Origin: Patescibacteria group bacterium
Lineage (GTDB): Bacteria > Patescibacteriota > Microgenomatia > Woykebacterales > 2-01-FULL-43-14
DNA: 47,340 bases
NCBI GenBank assembly: GCA_023485445.1
Contig: JAMCZT010000032.1
Span: 1 to 47,340, forward strand
Reading direction: 5' to 3'
Shown here: piece after piece, positions 38,487-47,340 of the stretch
Position numbering within the stretch: position 1 is the stretch's first letter
Layout of the letters: each line of letters starts with the position of its first letter
Notes under the pieces: model-generated
Databases searched by the model: none
What the model was told of the DNA's origin: nothing
What the model saw: the letters and a program-made list of their open reading frames with translations, nothing else
Position numbers and translations under genes: made by a program

Positions 38487-39584
38487 TTAATCCTCTTTGG
38501 ACTTCTGCCTGGATTTATTAACCAAGTCATCCAACACGTGAAACCTTCGCTTTTTTTCTTCTTTCGAAACGTCGTCTTTGAAAAATTTTGCCGCCGCCGT
38601 TCCCGGTCGGGGAGAGTACCTTCCAATGTAAGCTACTTTGAATCCAATTTCCTTAAAGGTTTGGACAGTATTTTCAAACTGTTCTTTCGTCTCCCCCGGA
38701 AAGCCGACGATTACATCAGTGCCAAACTCAACGTTGGGAATTTTTGCCCTGATTTTTTTAACCAGGTCTTTATACTGGGCCACTGTGTACTTTCGATTCA
38801 TTCTGGCTAAGATGACGTCATTCCCGGATTGAATCGGCAAATGGATGTAACGATCAAGTTTTTTCTCTCTAGCAATCAAGTCAATTAATTGTTCAGAAAA
38901 ATCTTGCGGATTTGAAGTTAAAAAGTGAACTTTTTCAAGTCCCGAGACTTTACAAACGGCTTCTAGTAAGTCGGCAAAGTTAGTCTTGGAACCGTTTCCT
39001 TTTTGATTTTGATCCGGAATCTCAAAATCCTTTCCGTAACTGTTAACATTTTGGCCGAGTAAGGTTACTTCTTTATAACCAATCCTGGCCAACTGTTCTA
39101 CTTCCTTTAAAATATCTTCGAAAGGCCGAGACACTTCCCGCCCTTTGGAATAAGGGACGACGCAGTAAGTGCAAAAGTTATTACAACCAATTGAAATGGG
39201 AACCCAAGCGTGTTTTTTATCAGCACGGACGGAAGGGTAATCAAAACCTACCTCCTCAAGAGATAGAAATTCATCCACCCAGGGCATCTTTTTCTTCAAA
39301 TCCTTGAGCTGTTTTCCGCTTTTGTCATTTAAAGCCCGTCCGGCAACACAGCCGGTCAAGACCACTTTAAAGTTTTTATTTTTATCTTTCTGCTTGACTT
39401 TTTTTCCCAAGCCATAAACTCGATCTTCCGCGGACTGGCGGACGGAGCAAGTGTTGATAACGAAAATATCAGCCTCAGCAAGGGATCTTGCCTCCGAATA
39501 TCCCCGAGCTTCGTAAGCGCCAGCGATCCTTTCGGAGTCAGCAAGATTCATTTGGCAACCAAAAGTTTGGATAAAGTATTTCAT
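38487..39584 (-). CDS. miaB: tRNA methylthiotransferase MiaB-like, no TRAM domain
   Basis: TFGCQMN, NTCSVR, TGC, CNNFCTYC (radical SAM motif), GQNVNSY, IVGFPGET, YSPRPGT. Confidence 0.9.
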   Translation of the reverse strand: MKYFIQTFGCQMNLADSERIAGAYEARGYSEARSLAEADIFVINTCSVRQSAEDRVYGLGKKVKQKDKNKNFKVVLTGCVAGRALNDKSGKQLKDLKKKMPWVDEFLSLEEVGFDYPSVRADKKHAWVPISIGCNNFCTYCVVPYSKGREVSRPFEDILKEVEQLARIGYKEVTLLGQNVNSYGKDFEIPDQNQKGNGSKTNFADLLEAVCKVSGLEKVHFLTSNPQDFSEQLIDLIAREKKLDRYIHLPIQSGNDVILARMNRKYTVAQYKDLVKKIRAKIPNVEFGTDVIVGFPGETKEQFENTVQTFKEIGFKVAYIGRYSPRPGTAAAKFFKDDVSKEEKKRRFHVLDDLVNKSRQKSKED

Positions 39585-39689
39585 CGAAAGTGATTTTAAC
39601 ATAAATTGAGGCTAAATCATAGGGAGAAAAGAAAGGGTCGCCTTGTCATTTCTTTTTCTAAAACGACTTTTGCGACCCAAAAAGTCTTA

Positions 39690-39911
39690 TCAATCCCAAC
39701 TAAGCAAAGCCATTCCGGCGGAGAAACAAAGAAGAGCCGTTAATCTGTATGCAAGGCGTACGTTGATAAAATCCTTTCCCCCCAGTCTTATTGTCCATGA
39801 AGCTAGGTAATGAAAGATACTCACCAAAGCTTCGGCAACAGAATCAAAAATTGTCAAAAACAAAATCCAGGCATAGAATTCGATCTTCTTTCGAAATGAT
39901 TTCTCTACCAC
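39690..39911 (-). CDS. small hypothetical membrane protein
   Basis: 73-aa hydrophobic ORF, GTG start preceded by AGGAG. Confidence 0.5.
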   Translation of the reverse strand: MVEKSFRKKIEFYAWILFLTIFDSVAEALVSIFHYLASWTIRLGGKDFINVRLAYRLTALLCFSAGMALLSWD

Positions 39912-40140
39912 TTCTTACTCCTTTAAAAGAGCAATTCCAACCTCTCGTTTGTCCCCTTTATACCAAACTTTCATGGTCAAAATCAATACTACCTTCCAAC
40001 AAGCTTGATCTTTTTCTTTTTTAAAAAATCGTCTATAATTTTATTAACGTCCAAAGAAGGAGGTGAGCATTAAGATTTAGTTCTCAAGATAATCTGTTGT
40101 AGGTAACCAAAATTCCAGTGGTGGTAAGAAGGGAGAAGTA

Positions 40141-40350
40141 ATGCTAAATCTTAACGGTTTGGATCGGTTTGGAGGACTTCCTATTGGCACAGTTTTTTCC
40201 CTACCGGGCCGGCAAGAAGAGACCCTCCAAAAAAGCGACCGATACTATGCCCGACCTGTCCGACGAACCAGAAATCAGTGGGAGATAATCGGGGATCAAA
40301 AAGGGGGATTTTTCGATACTGATCCAGTAATAGTTCTAGATAACCGTTAA
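40141..40350 (+). CDS. small hypothetical protein
   Basis: 69-aa ORF with purine-rich SD (AAGGGAG). No recognisable motif. Confidence 0.4.
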   Translation: MLNLNGLDRFGGLPIGTVFSLPGRQEETLQKSDRYYARPVRRTRNQWEIIGDQKGGFFDTDPVIVLDNR

Positions 40351-40422
40351 AGCATCCCTGCACCCTTGTGATAATTGCAGACAAAGCAATTCGCAAGGGT
40401 GTTTTTGCTGAAAATCTTGAAA

Positions 40423-40797
40423 TTAAGTTAAGTGGTGGATAAAAATAATCAAACCCACGGCAAGGGAACTAACTGCCGCAACCAAGACGGCTCCGGCCGC
40501 ACAATCCTTTGCCGCTTTAGACAACGGATGAAAATCAGGAGAAACTAGGTCAATTGTATTTTCAATCGAGGTGTTAATCAATTCTGTCGTTAAGACAAAA
40601 CTGATCACTAGTATTAAAGCCAACCACTCACTAGTCGTAATCCTGAAAAATATTCCAGCAAATACGGCAAGGAAACTCGCTATTAGTTGGAGTTGAAATC
40701 TTGGCTCATCCCGCAAACCCTCCATAATTCCGGCAAAAGCGTGTTTAAAGCTGATCGCGTGTTTCTTCGGATGATGGTTATTTAGATGGCTAAGCAT
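40423..40797 (-). CDS. dgkA: diacylglycerol/undecaprenol kinase
   Basis: SFKHAFAG, ELINTSIE, AKDCAAGAVL. Confidence 0.92.
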   Translation of the reverse strand: MLSHLNNHHPKKHAISFKHAFAGIMEGLRDEPRFQLQLIASFLAVFAGIFFRITTSEWLALILVISFVLTTELINTSIENTIDLVSPDFHPLSKAAKDCAAGAVLVAAVSSLAVGLIIFIHHLT

Positions 40798-40827
40798 AAC
40801 ATTTATCTCAAATATTTAAGAGTTAGC

Positions 40828-41100
40828 CTAGCGAACACCCTTCTTCAAAACTTTAGAAGCGATAAAACCAATCGCTTTCATCGAAGGGAGTTGTAAAGGC
40901 TGACCGGTTTTAGGATTTCTACCCATCCTACTACGTCGACTTCGAACAACAAAAGTGCCAAATCCGGAAATGACTACCTTATCCCCTTTATTCAAAGCCT
41001 TCTCAACGTTTTCAAAAGTCGCCTCAACAGCTTCTTTGGCTGCCTTCTTAGTCAGGTTAGCTTCTTTCGCAACCCTTTCGATCAAGTCTACTTTTAACAT
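40828..41100 (-). CDS. hup: HU DNA-binding protein
   Basis: ISGFGTF, GRNPKTG. Confidence 0.95.
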   Translation of the reverse strand: MLKVDLIERVAKEANLTKKAAKEAVEATFENVEKALNKGDKVVISGFGTFVVRSRRSRMGRNPKTGQPLQLPSMKAIGFIASKVLKKGVR

Positions 41101-41115
41101 AAGTTCACCCCCTTT

Positions 41116-41907
41116 TTATTCCAAAATTTTATCGATTCTTTTGATCGATTTAGCCATTCCCTTTTTATCCGTTTCAACAAAAACGGAAGAAAATATCTTC
41201 GGGCCCGTCTCGACCCATTCAAATTTCTGAGGATAGGGGTATTTGTGAGCTTTGATAATCGTTTCCGGGTCTACCCCTAAAACCGAGTGCTGAGCTCCCG
41301 TCATTCCCACATCGCTCACATAAGCCGTTCCTTTAGGAAGAATCCAGGTGTCGGAAGTCGGAATGTGGGTGTGAGTCCCCGCAACTAGAGTAACCCGTCC
41401 ATCGAGATACCAACCCATGGCCATTTTTTCTGAAGTCGCTTCAGCATGAAAATCAACGATGATCGCCGCAAATTTTTCCTTAGCGCATTGGTCTGCGATA
41501 ATTTCATCTATCGTCCGGAAAGGGTCTTCTGTCGGATCGGGGATCCAAAGCCGGCCTAAAAGGTTAACTACTAAAACTTTTTCTTTTCCACTCACTGTCG
41601 CGATAGTAAAGCCAAAACCGGCCACGTCGCCGGGGTAATTTGCCGGCCGGATAATCGTCGGGTCGTTTTCTAAAAGAGGGTACGTTTCTTCTCGAAACCA
41701 AATATGGTTACCAGAGGTCATAATGTCCACCCCGTAACCGCGGATCTCGTCAATTGCCTGAGGAGTCGCCCCCTTACCATGGGAAAGGTTCTCCACGTTA
41801 GCGATCACCAAATCAACTTTTTCTTCCTCAACGAGACTGGGAAGAATTTCGCTGACGGCTTTTCGACCGAGTTTAGCAACAATGTCGCCGATGAATAATA
41901 TACGCAT
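41116..41907 (-). CDS. ymdB: YmdB-family metallophosphoesterase
   Basis: LFIGDIV, NVEN, GNH, RPANYP, DFHAEATSEK, GTHTH. Sits next to rny. Confidence 0.93.
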   Translation of the reverse strand: MRILFIGDIVAKLGRKAVSEILPSLVEEEKVDLVIANVENLSHGKGATPQAIDEIRGYGVDIMTSGNHIWFREETYPLLENDPTIIRPANYPGDVAGFGFTIATVSGKEKVLVVNLLGRLWIPDPTEDPFRTIDEIIADQCAKEKFAAIIVDFHAEATSEKMAMGWYLDGRVTLVAGTHTHIPTSDTWILPKGTAYVSDVGMTGAQHSVLGVDPETIIKAHKYPYPQKFEWVETGPKIFSSVFVETDKKGMAKSIKRIDKILE

Positions 41908-41959
41908 GAAAGTTTTCCAAACGCTTTGCTTGCCAAATTAAAAGAACTATAACTTTTAA

Positions 41960-43486
41960 CTACTTAGCCACGTCCACTGCTCGTGTCTCTCGAACTACGG
42001 TCACTTTAACCTGTCCTGGATAGGTTACGGTATCATGGATCTTTTCGGCAATATCATGGGCTAACTTCATCATCTCCCCGTCGCCAATTTCCGCAGGAAC
42101 AACCAAAACCCTAACTTCACGTCCAGCTTGAATAGCAAAGCATTTTTCCACTCCAGGGAAAGAGTTAGCCACGTTTTCCAGTTCCGTCACCCGTTTTAAG
42201 TATTCTTCCAAAGATTCCCTTCGCGCCCCTGGCCTGGCTCCGGAAATCGCATCAGCCACCGCAACAATCGCCGCTTCTAGCGAGGATTGGTTGTCATCGT
42301 GCTGTGAGCCAATCCCTTCGATAATCTCCTTAGATAAACCATTTCGCTTGGCAATATCCGCCCCGACTTCCGCGTGTGGACCTTCAACTTCCGCCGTGAC
42401 AGCCTTACCGATATCGTGAAGTAAAGCAACCTGCTTTACCAAAGTCATGTTTCCACCCACTTGGCTAGCAATTGATTTAGCCAAATTAACTACCTCTAAA
42501 GTATGTTGGAGCATATTTTGGCCGTAACTGGTCCGATATTTGAAACGGCCTAAAAGGTCGATCACTTCACGAGGTAAATGGGGCACGCCAGATTTGTAAG
42601 CAACATCCTCACCGGCCTCATGCATCAGCTTTTCGACATCTTTGCGGGTTTTCTCGACAACTTCTTCGATTCTTCCCGGCTGGATTCGGCCATCAACAAT
42701 AAGCCTCTCCAAGGTCACTTTCGCCACTTCCCGTCGAACTGGGTCAAAACAAGAAAGCCGGATCACTCCAGGAGTTTCGTCCATGTCAAAATCAACCCCA
42801 GTTGCCGCTTCTAAGGCGCGGATGTTCCGACCTTCCCGGCCGATAATCCTGCCCTTCATGTCCTCGTCAGGAAGACGGACGGTCGAAGTCGTAAACTCTG
42901 GGACGTAATCAGTCGCGGAGGACTGCATAGCGTGAACCAAAATCTCTCGAACTTTCTTGTCCGCTTCATCCTTGGCCTCTTCTTGGGATTCCTTAATCTT
43001 GCGGCCAATTTCTTCTTTTAGCTTCACCTCAGCCGCTTCCATAATCAAGTTCTTAGCTTCTTCGCGGGTCAATCCTGCCACCCGTTCCAATTTCGCAATC
43101 TGTTCTTGTTTTATCTTTTCTAAATCCTCTGATTTCTTCGCCAATTCTTCGTTTTTTGTCACAAGTTGCTTTTCCCGCTCTTCTAATGCCCCTATCTTTC
43201 TCTCCAATGACTCTTCTTTTTGACTAATTCTTTGTTCCAACTGCAAAACTTCCCGCCTAGTAGCACGGGCTTCTTCTTCAGCCGCCTTTTTTATCCGGTA
43301 AGCTTCATCTTTAGCTTCAACAACGATTTCCTTCGCTCGGGCGGAGGCTTCCGCTTCAGTAGCTTTGGACGGAAGGGGAGTAGGAGTGGTTTTTAAAGTC
43401 TGTTTCTTAGTCCAATAATATGTCGCACCTGCACCAGCTCCTAAAGCAACTAAGGACGCTGCTGCCACAATTAAATATATCAACAT
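41960..43486 (-). CDS. rny: ribonuclease Y
   Basis: TM, coiled coil, KH domain (KGRIIGREGRNIR), HD domain (LLHDIGK), ADAISGARPGAR. Confidence 0.97.
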   Translation of the reverse strand: MLIYLIVAAASLVALGAGAGATYYWTKKQTLKTTPTPLPSKATEAEASARAKEIVVEAKDEAYRIKKAAEEEARATRREVLQLEQRISQKEESLERKIGALEEREKQLVTKNEELAKKSEDLEKIKQEQIAKLERVAGLTREEAKNLIMEAAEVKLKEEIGRKIKESQEEAKDEADKKVREILVHAMQSSATDYVPEFTTSTVRLPDEDMKGRIIGREGRNIRALEAATGVDFDMDETPGVIRLSCFDPVRREVAKVTLERLIVDGRIQPGRIEEVVEKTRKDVEKLMHEAGEDVAYKSGVPHLPREVIDLLGRFKYRTSYGQNMLQHTLEVVNLAKSIASQVGGNMTLVKQVALLHDIGKAVTAEVEGPHAEVGADIAKRNGLSKEIIEGIGSQHDDNQSSLEAAIVAVADAISGARPGARRESLEEYLKRVTELENVANSFPGVEKCFAIQAGREVRVLVVPAEIGDGEMMKLAHDIAEKIHDTVTYPGQVKVTVVRETRAVDVAK

Positions 43487-43570
43487 TAAAGTCCATCTCT
43501 GTTCTAAGCTAGGGGCAAAATTTAAAAATACTGGAAAATCAAGCTAATTCGTTGCCCTAGTGGTTTTATT

Positions 43571-44251
43571 CTACCTTTTTTTCAAAAGGATGTCAACGAC
43601 AGGGGCGATCACGTCCCAGTCATATCCCCGGCGCATTAAGAACTGGCCTAATTTTTTCCGGAACTCCTCTTTTTCTAAATTTCGGTAAAGGGAAAGCTTT
43701 TTCTCGCCGGCTTTCAAAGCGGATTCTTCCGGAGATCCTGTGGCTTCTTCCTGACTTTCTCTTTCTTTGGCTACTTGGTCAATAATCTCTCTGCTTACTC
43801 CTTTTTGACGTAGTTCCATTTTCAATAATCGGAAACCACGTGGGTTAAACCGAAGACGCTGCTCGACCCACCATTTTGCAAAGTCGAAATCATCAACCTG
43901 GCCATATTTTTTAAGCTGATTAATCACTTTCTCCACTGAATTCTGGTAAGCGGCTTTTTCAGTTTCTGTTTTTAAGTCTTTAAGTTTTCCTTTACGCAAA
44001 AACTGATCCCGAACCTCTTTTTCAGTTCGAGGACGATAGGATAAAAAATGGAGAGCTTTGTCCATCAATCGACTAACCTGGTCTTTTTCCACTAGCTCTT
44101 TAACCTGGACTCCAGTCAAAACCTGGCCTATTTTAAGCTTCTCCTCAAATTTTTGCTCTAAAGAAATCCCAAAGGCAAACTGACCATCTAAAAAGACACT
44201 GACCCTTTTGGAATCCTTTTTCTGCTTTTCAATGGCTGTAATCTCGTTCAC
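43571..44251 (-). CDS. recX: regulatory protein RecX
   Basis: [27 protein letters not shown]. Directly downstream of recA. Confidence 0.92.
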   Translation of the reverse strand: MNEITAIEKQKKDSKRVSVFLDGQFAFGISLEQKFEEKLKIGQVLTGVQVKELVEKDQVSRLMDKALHFLSYRPRTEKEVRDQFLRKGKLKDLKTETEKAAYQNSVEKVINQLKKYGQVDDFDFAKWWVEQRLRFNPRGFRLLKMELRQKGVSREIIDQVAKERESQEEATGSPEESALKAGEKKLSLYRNLEKEEFRKKLGQFLMRRGYDWDVIAPVVDILLKKR

Positions 44252-45288
44252 TCTTCTTTATTGCCGCCCTCGTCCACCCCAACCGCAACCATCGGCGCGC
44301 CTTCTTTAACCGCGTCCCGAATTTTCTTTTCTATTTCCACCGCTACCTTCGGGTTTTCTTCAAGATAAACTTTAGCACCTTCACGGCCTTGAGCAATCTT
44401 TTCGTCCCCGTAACTAAACCAAGCCCCGCTCTTTTGGATAATCCCTACTTCGGCCGCGATATCTAAGATGTTACCGACTTTCGAGATCCCTTTGTCAAAC
44501 ATGATATCAAATTCCGCCACCCGAAATGGGGGAGCGACTTTATTTTTTACAACCTTGACCCGCACGCGACTGCCGGTAAAATCCCCACCGTCTTTAACAT
44601 TATCCACCTTCCGCACATCTAACCTGACGGAAGAATAAAATTTTAAAGCCCTCCCTCCTGGAGTCGTCTCAGGATTGCCAAACATAACCCCCACTTTTTC
44701 CCGCAGTTGGTTAATAAAAATCACCAGCGTGTTTGACCGGTTAATCGAAGAAGTTAACTTCCGAAGGGCTTGGGACATCAGCCTAGCCTGAATCCCCACA
44801 AAAGCATCGCCCATTTCCCCTTCAACTTCGGCTCGCGGCACCAAAGCCGCCACAGAGTCCACGACCACCACGTCCAGCGCCCCCGAGCGAACCAAGGTCT
44901 CGACGATCTCAAGGGCTTGTTCTCCGGTATCTGGTTGGGAAACTAAAAGATCTTTAATATTCACTCCCAGGGCTTGAGCACGAAGAGGGTCTAGCGCGTG
45001 CTCAGCATCGACAAAGGCCGCCGCCCCACCTTTTCGTTGGGCTTCAGCAATCACGTGAAGGGCCAAAGTGGTCTTACCGCTTCCCTCAGGCCCAAAAACT
45101 TCCACCACCCTTCCTCGCGGAAGTCCACCTACTCCCAAGGCCAAATCTAACGCCAGTGCCCCGGTCGAGATCACGTCTACTGACATCTTTTCCCCAGCGT
45201 CACCTAATTTCATGATCGAGCCTTTCCCAAACTGCTTTTCGATTTGGGACATCGCGACTTGAATTGCTTGAAGTTTCTGGTCGTCCAT
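44248..45288 (-). CDS. recA: recombinase RecA
   Basis: [38 protein letters not shown]. Confidence 0.99.
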   Translation of the reverse strand: MDDQKLQAIQVAMSQIEKQFGKGSIMKLGDAGEKMSVDVISTGALALDLALGVGGLPRGRVVEVFGPEGSGKTTLALHVIAEAQRKGGAAAFVDAEHALDPLRAQALGVNIKDLLVSQPDTGEQALEIVETLVRSGALDVVVVDSVAALVPRAEVEGEMGDAFVGIQARLMSQALRKLTSSINRSNTLVIFINQLREKVGVMFGNPETTPGGRALKFYSSVRLDVRKVDNVKDGGDFTGSRVRVKVVKNKVAPPFRVAEFDIMFDKGISKVGNILDIAAEVGIIQKSGAWFSYGDEKIAQGREGAKVYLEENPKVAVEIEKKIRDAVKEGAPMVAVGVDEGGNKEE

Positions 45289-45575
45289 AAACCCTCCATC
45301 AAAATTTATCTAAGTATCTTTTTAAACTACTCTCAAACTTCCAAACTGTTTCAATTCTAAAGCTTTTATGCTAAAATATCAAACAATAATATCGGCTTAA
45401 ATTCGGACGATAGGGGAGGGGACAATAAGTTAAAAGTGGCAAATTTCAAAGTTATAGTTCAAAGTTTAAGCTTTTTAATAATTATTTAAAATATTGTGCG
45501 ACATGATAGAGAAGTGGAACTTAAAAATACACTTATTTCGGATTTAGACTTTCGAGTTTAAAATTTAATTTGTAA

Positions 45576-45652
45576 CGGGGTGTAGCTCAGTTGGTTAGAG
45601 CACTAGGCTGGGGGTCTAGTGGCCGGAGGTTCGAGTCCTCTCACCCCGACCA
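45576..45652 (+). tRNA. tRNA-Pro(GGG)
   Basis: Acceptor stem CGGGGTG/CACCCCG, anticodon arm CTAGG-CTGGGGG-TCTAG, GTTCGA T-loop, encoded CCA. Confidence 0.97.
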
Positions 45653-45674
45653 AATTTTCAATTAAATCATATTT

Positions 45675-46217
45675 ATGATAATTAAAGTCACTTACTTTGT
45701 TCACGGTACCACTACGGATAATGAGCAGAAAATTTCTTCTGGTTGGTCAGATGTTAACCTTTCAGATTTGGGAATCCAGCAATCAATCGATCTTAAAGAC
45801 CAGGTAAAAAACAAAAAGTTTGACGTCGTTTTTTGCTCTGATTTAAAAAGAGCTATGACCTCCGCTCAATTAACTTTTGAAGGAACTGCCGCGATTATTC
45901 CCGATCCTCGGCTGAGAGAATGTAACTACGGCAGGTTTAATGGTCAACCCTCTTCGATCGTTGAGCCAATGCAGGAGAAACATATCCGCGAAAGATTTCC
46001 CGAAGGTGAAAGCTACGAAGACGTTAAAAACCGAATCGCCGACTTTCTGGAATTTTTAAAGAAAAACTATCAGGGAAAATCTATCGCGATTGTCGCTCAC
46101 AAAGCACCCCAGCTAGCTTTGGATATACTGCTTAAAAATAAGACATGGGAGCAAGCGTTTGCACAGGATTGGCGAAAAACAAAATCCTGGCAGCCTGGTT
46201 GGGATTATCAACTCTAG
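45675..46217 (+). CDS. histidine phosphatase (phosphoglycerate mutase family)
   Basis: FVHGTT (RHG variant), SDLKRA, RLRECNYG, GES, VAH. Confidence 0.88.
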   Translation: MIIKVTYFVHGTTTDNEQKISSGWSDVNLSDLGIQQSIDLKDQVKNKKFDVVFCSDLKRAMTSAQLTFEGTAAIIPDPRLRECNYGRFNGQPSSIVEPMQEKHIRERFPEGESYEDVKNRIADFLEFLKKNYQGKSIAIVAHKAPQLALDILLKNKTWEQAFAQDWRKTKSWQPGWDYQL

Positions 46218-46341
46218 GTAAATACAAATTTTCTTTAAGAACCTTTTATCTCAATTAAGACTTAAGGCCTTTAGTGGATGTTGGTCATGAAAGAGAAGCC
46301 GCCGGAATTTTTTCAAAAATCCCCAAGCGGCTATTATCGTC

Positions 46342-47042
46342 TTATGAGTCTAACCGAAAAACTCTATTCTTATCACTCCCCTCTGGCTTGCCTTTAAAAT
46401 CCGTAACCAGCGCCCCCGGCTTCGCGAGCAATCAGGTTGCCGGGCAAAAAGTCATAAAGTTCGTTGCCGTCGTCGATCAAGGCCTCCATTTTTCCGGCGG
46501 CAACCAGGCACATATCCAAAGAAGGCGTCCAATTTTCCGTCACTCGCGTCACTCCTAAGTTAAACAACTTTTTGATCACTTCGCTTTTATATTCTCGACA
46601 GTAGTCGTAACCGCAAACGTAGGTAACTGTCGCTCGTTTGATATCACCTTCCTGGTTGACCTGCAAGCGTCGTTTACCTAAAAAAGCCCCAACCTTTTTC
46701 CGCAAAGTAAATTCGATCAAGAATCGGATTGCCCACCACTCCGGCAATCACCTCCTCACCTTTCAGCAAAGCAAGATTGATTGAAAAATAAGGCAGACCG
46801 AGAACAAAGGTAAATTCCGATTTTTTATCCAGAAAACCTGCCTCTTCAGAAAGAAGATTATAATCAGGAAAGTTCTGAATGAGAACGTGAAGAATTTTTT
46901 CTTCGGATTCAAGATCAGCTTTGGTGCGAAAGTTGAAAACATGGGTCTTTTCTTCCACCGCCAAGCTCTCGCCGAAATATTTTTTCAACACTTCCCCACC
47001 GCTCTCCACGGCGGCGATCATTGTTTTTAAAACTAAATCCAC
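46342..47042 (-). pseudogene. inositol monophosphatase (SuhB-like) pseudogene
   Basis: TKADLESE and SEE are present but the DPLDGT motif is absent. Frameshifts near 46690 and in the G5 run near 46415 (REAG/ALVTDFKG). Confidence 0.85.
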
Positions 47043-47138
47043 TACCAAACTCCTCTTCCACATAATTAGTTTAGCGATCAATCTAATCTAAACAAACATA
47101 GTCTAAAAAATCAATACTTTCCAATCCCTAGCCTATAG

Positions 47139-47202
47139 TTGAATTTTACGTTTATTTTTGGTATAATTGCCCAAAATAAACGAGCGAAAGGAGAGCAAAA
47201 TG
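47139..47202 (+). promoter_or_regulatory. promoter, SD and ATG of a gene apparently interrupted by IS30
   Basis: TTGAAT-17-TATAAT (47139-47167), AAAGGAG, ATG at 47200. The IS end starts about 14 bp later. Confidence 0.65.
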
Positions 47203-47213
47203 GAATCAATTCA

Positions 47214-47340
47214 CCCGTATTCTAGGAACGAACGCAACTCCTAGAGCAAATTAAGGTGCTCATTAAATACTTCCTGAGCTGTCTTGTATTGTAATATTTT
47301 CCTGGGCCTGTTGTTAAGCTCCCAAATTACATCCTCCAGC
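47214..47340 (-). mobile_element. IS30-family element, 3' end (transposase C-terminus and terminal inverted repeat), truncated by the window edge
   Basis: Minus frame 47339-47241 gives LEDVIWELNNRPRKILQYKTAQEVFNEHLNLL*, carrying the IS30 LNxRPRK signature. The IR follows at 47214-47240. Confidence 0.85.

Noticed and set aside
40057-40066. Perfect SD AAGGAGGTGA
   Set aside because: No canonical start codon or ORF follows at usable spacing. It may be a decayed gene, but this cannot be supported.
45289-45420. SOS/LexA box upstream of recA
   Set aside because: No convincing palindromic operator was recognised.
45425-45570. Weak 7-bp periodic AAAGTT/ATTT tracts upstream of tRNA-Pro
   Set aside because: Too degenerate to distinguish from AT-rich background by eye.
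1193-46558. The many 60-150 aa ORFs antisense to or nested in long genes
   Set aside because: They have no motifs or initiation signals and are explained as shadow frames of well-supported genes.
45576-47340. tRNA-Pro as the integration site of an island
   Set aside because: No integrase and no duplicated tRNA 3' end were seen in the window.

Overview
This is a chromosomal segment of a small-genome bacterium. The gene content suggests Patescibacteria/CPR, Microgenomates-like, which is an inference. Both edges carry fragments of an IS30-family element in the same orientation. The core genes are gltX, aspS, a D,D-carboxypeptidase, recJ, secD/secF, comM, rnpB, miaA/miaB, HU, ymdB-rny-recX-recA and tRNA-Pro(GGG). 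There is also an NHEJ operon (Ku plus a split LigD) divergent from an HPF-like plus release-factor-like gene pair. The main signal is a 9-kb accessory locus between aspS and recJ (12434-21303). It holds five paralogous membrane-anchored PsbP-like proteins with a shared N-terminus and highly variable domains, joined by a linker conserved at the DNA level (GTGAATTTGAAGGT, six exact copies, one outside any ORF). These are interspersed with toxin-antitoxin-like cargo behind a duplicated leaderless promoter, a decayed IS, and a DUF3800 gene with a predicted antisense small RNA that has its own promoter. Also seen: a 904-bp tandem duplication bounded by microhomology that creates a carboxypeptidase/AspRS chimera, several pseudogenes, and some structured intergenic elements. 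All calls come from reading the sequence by eye; no searches were run.
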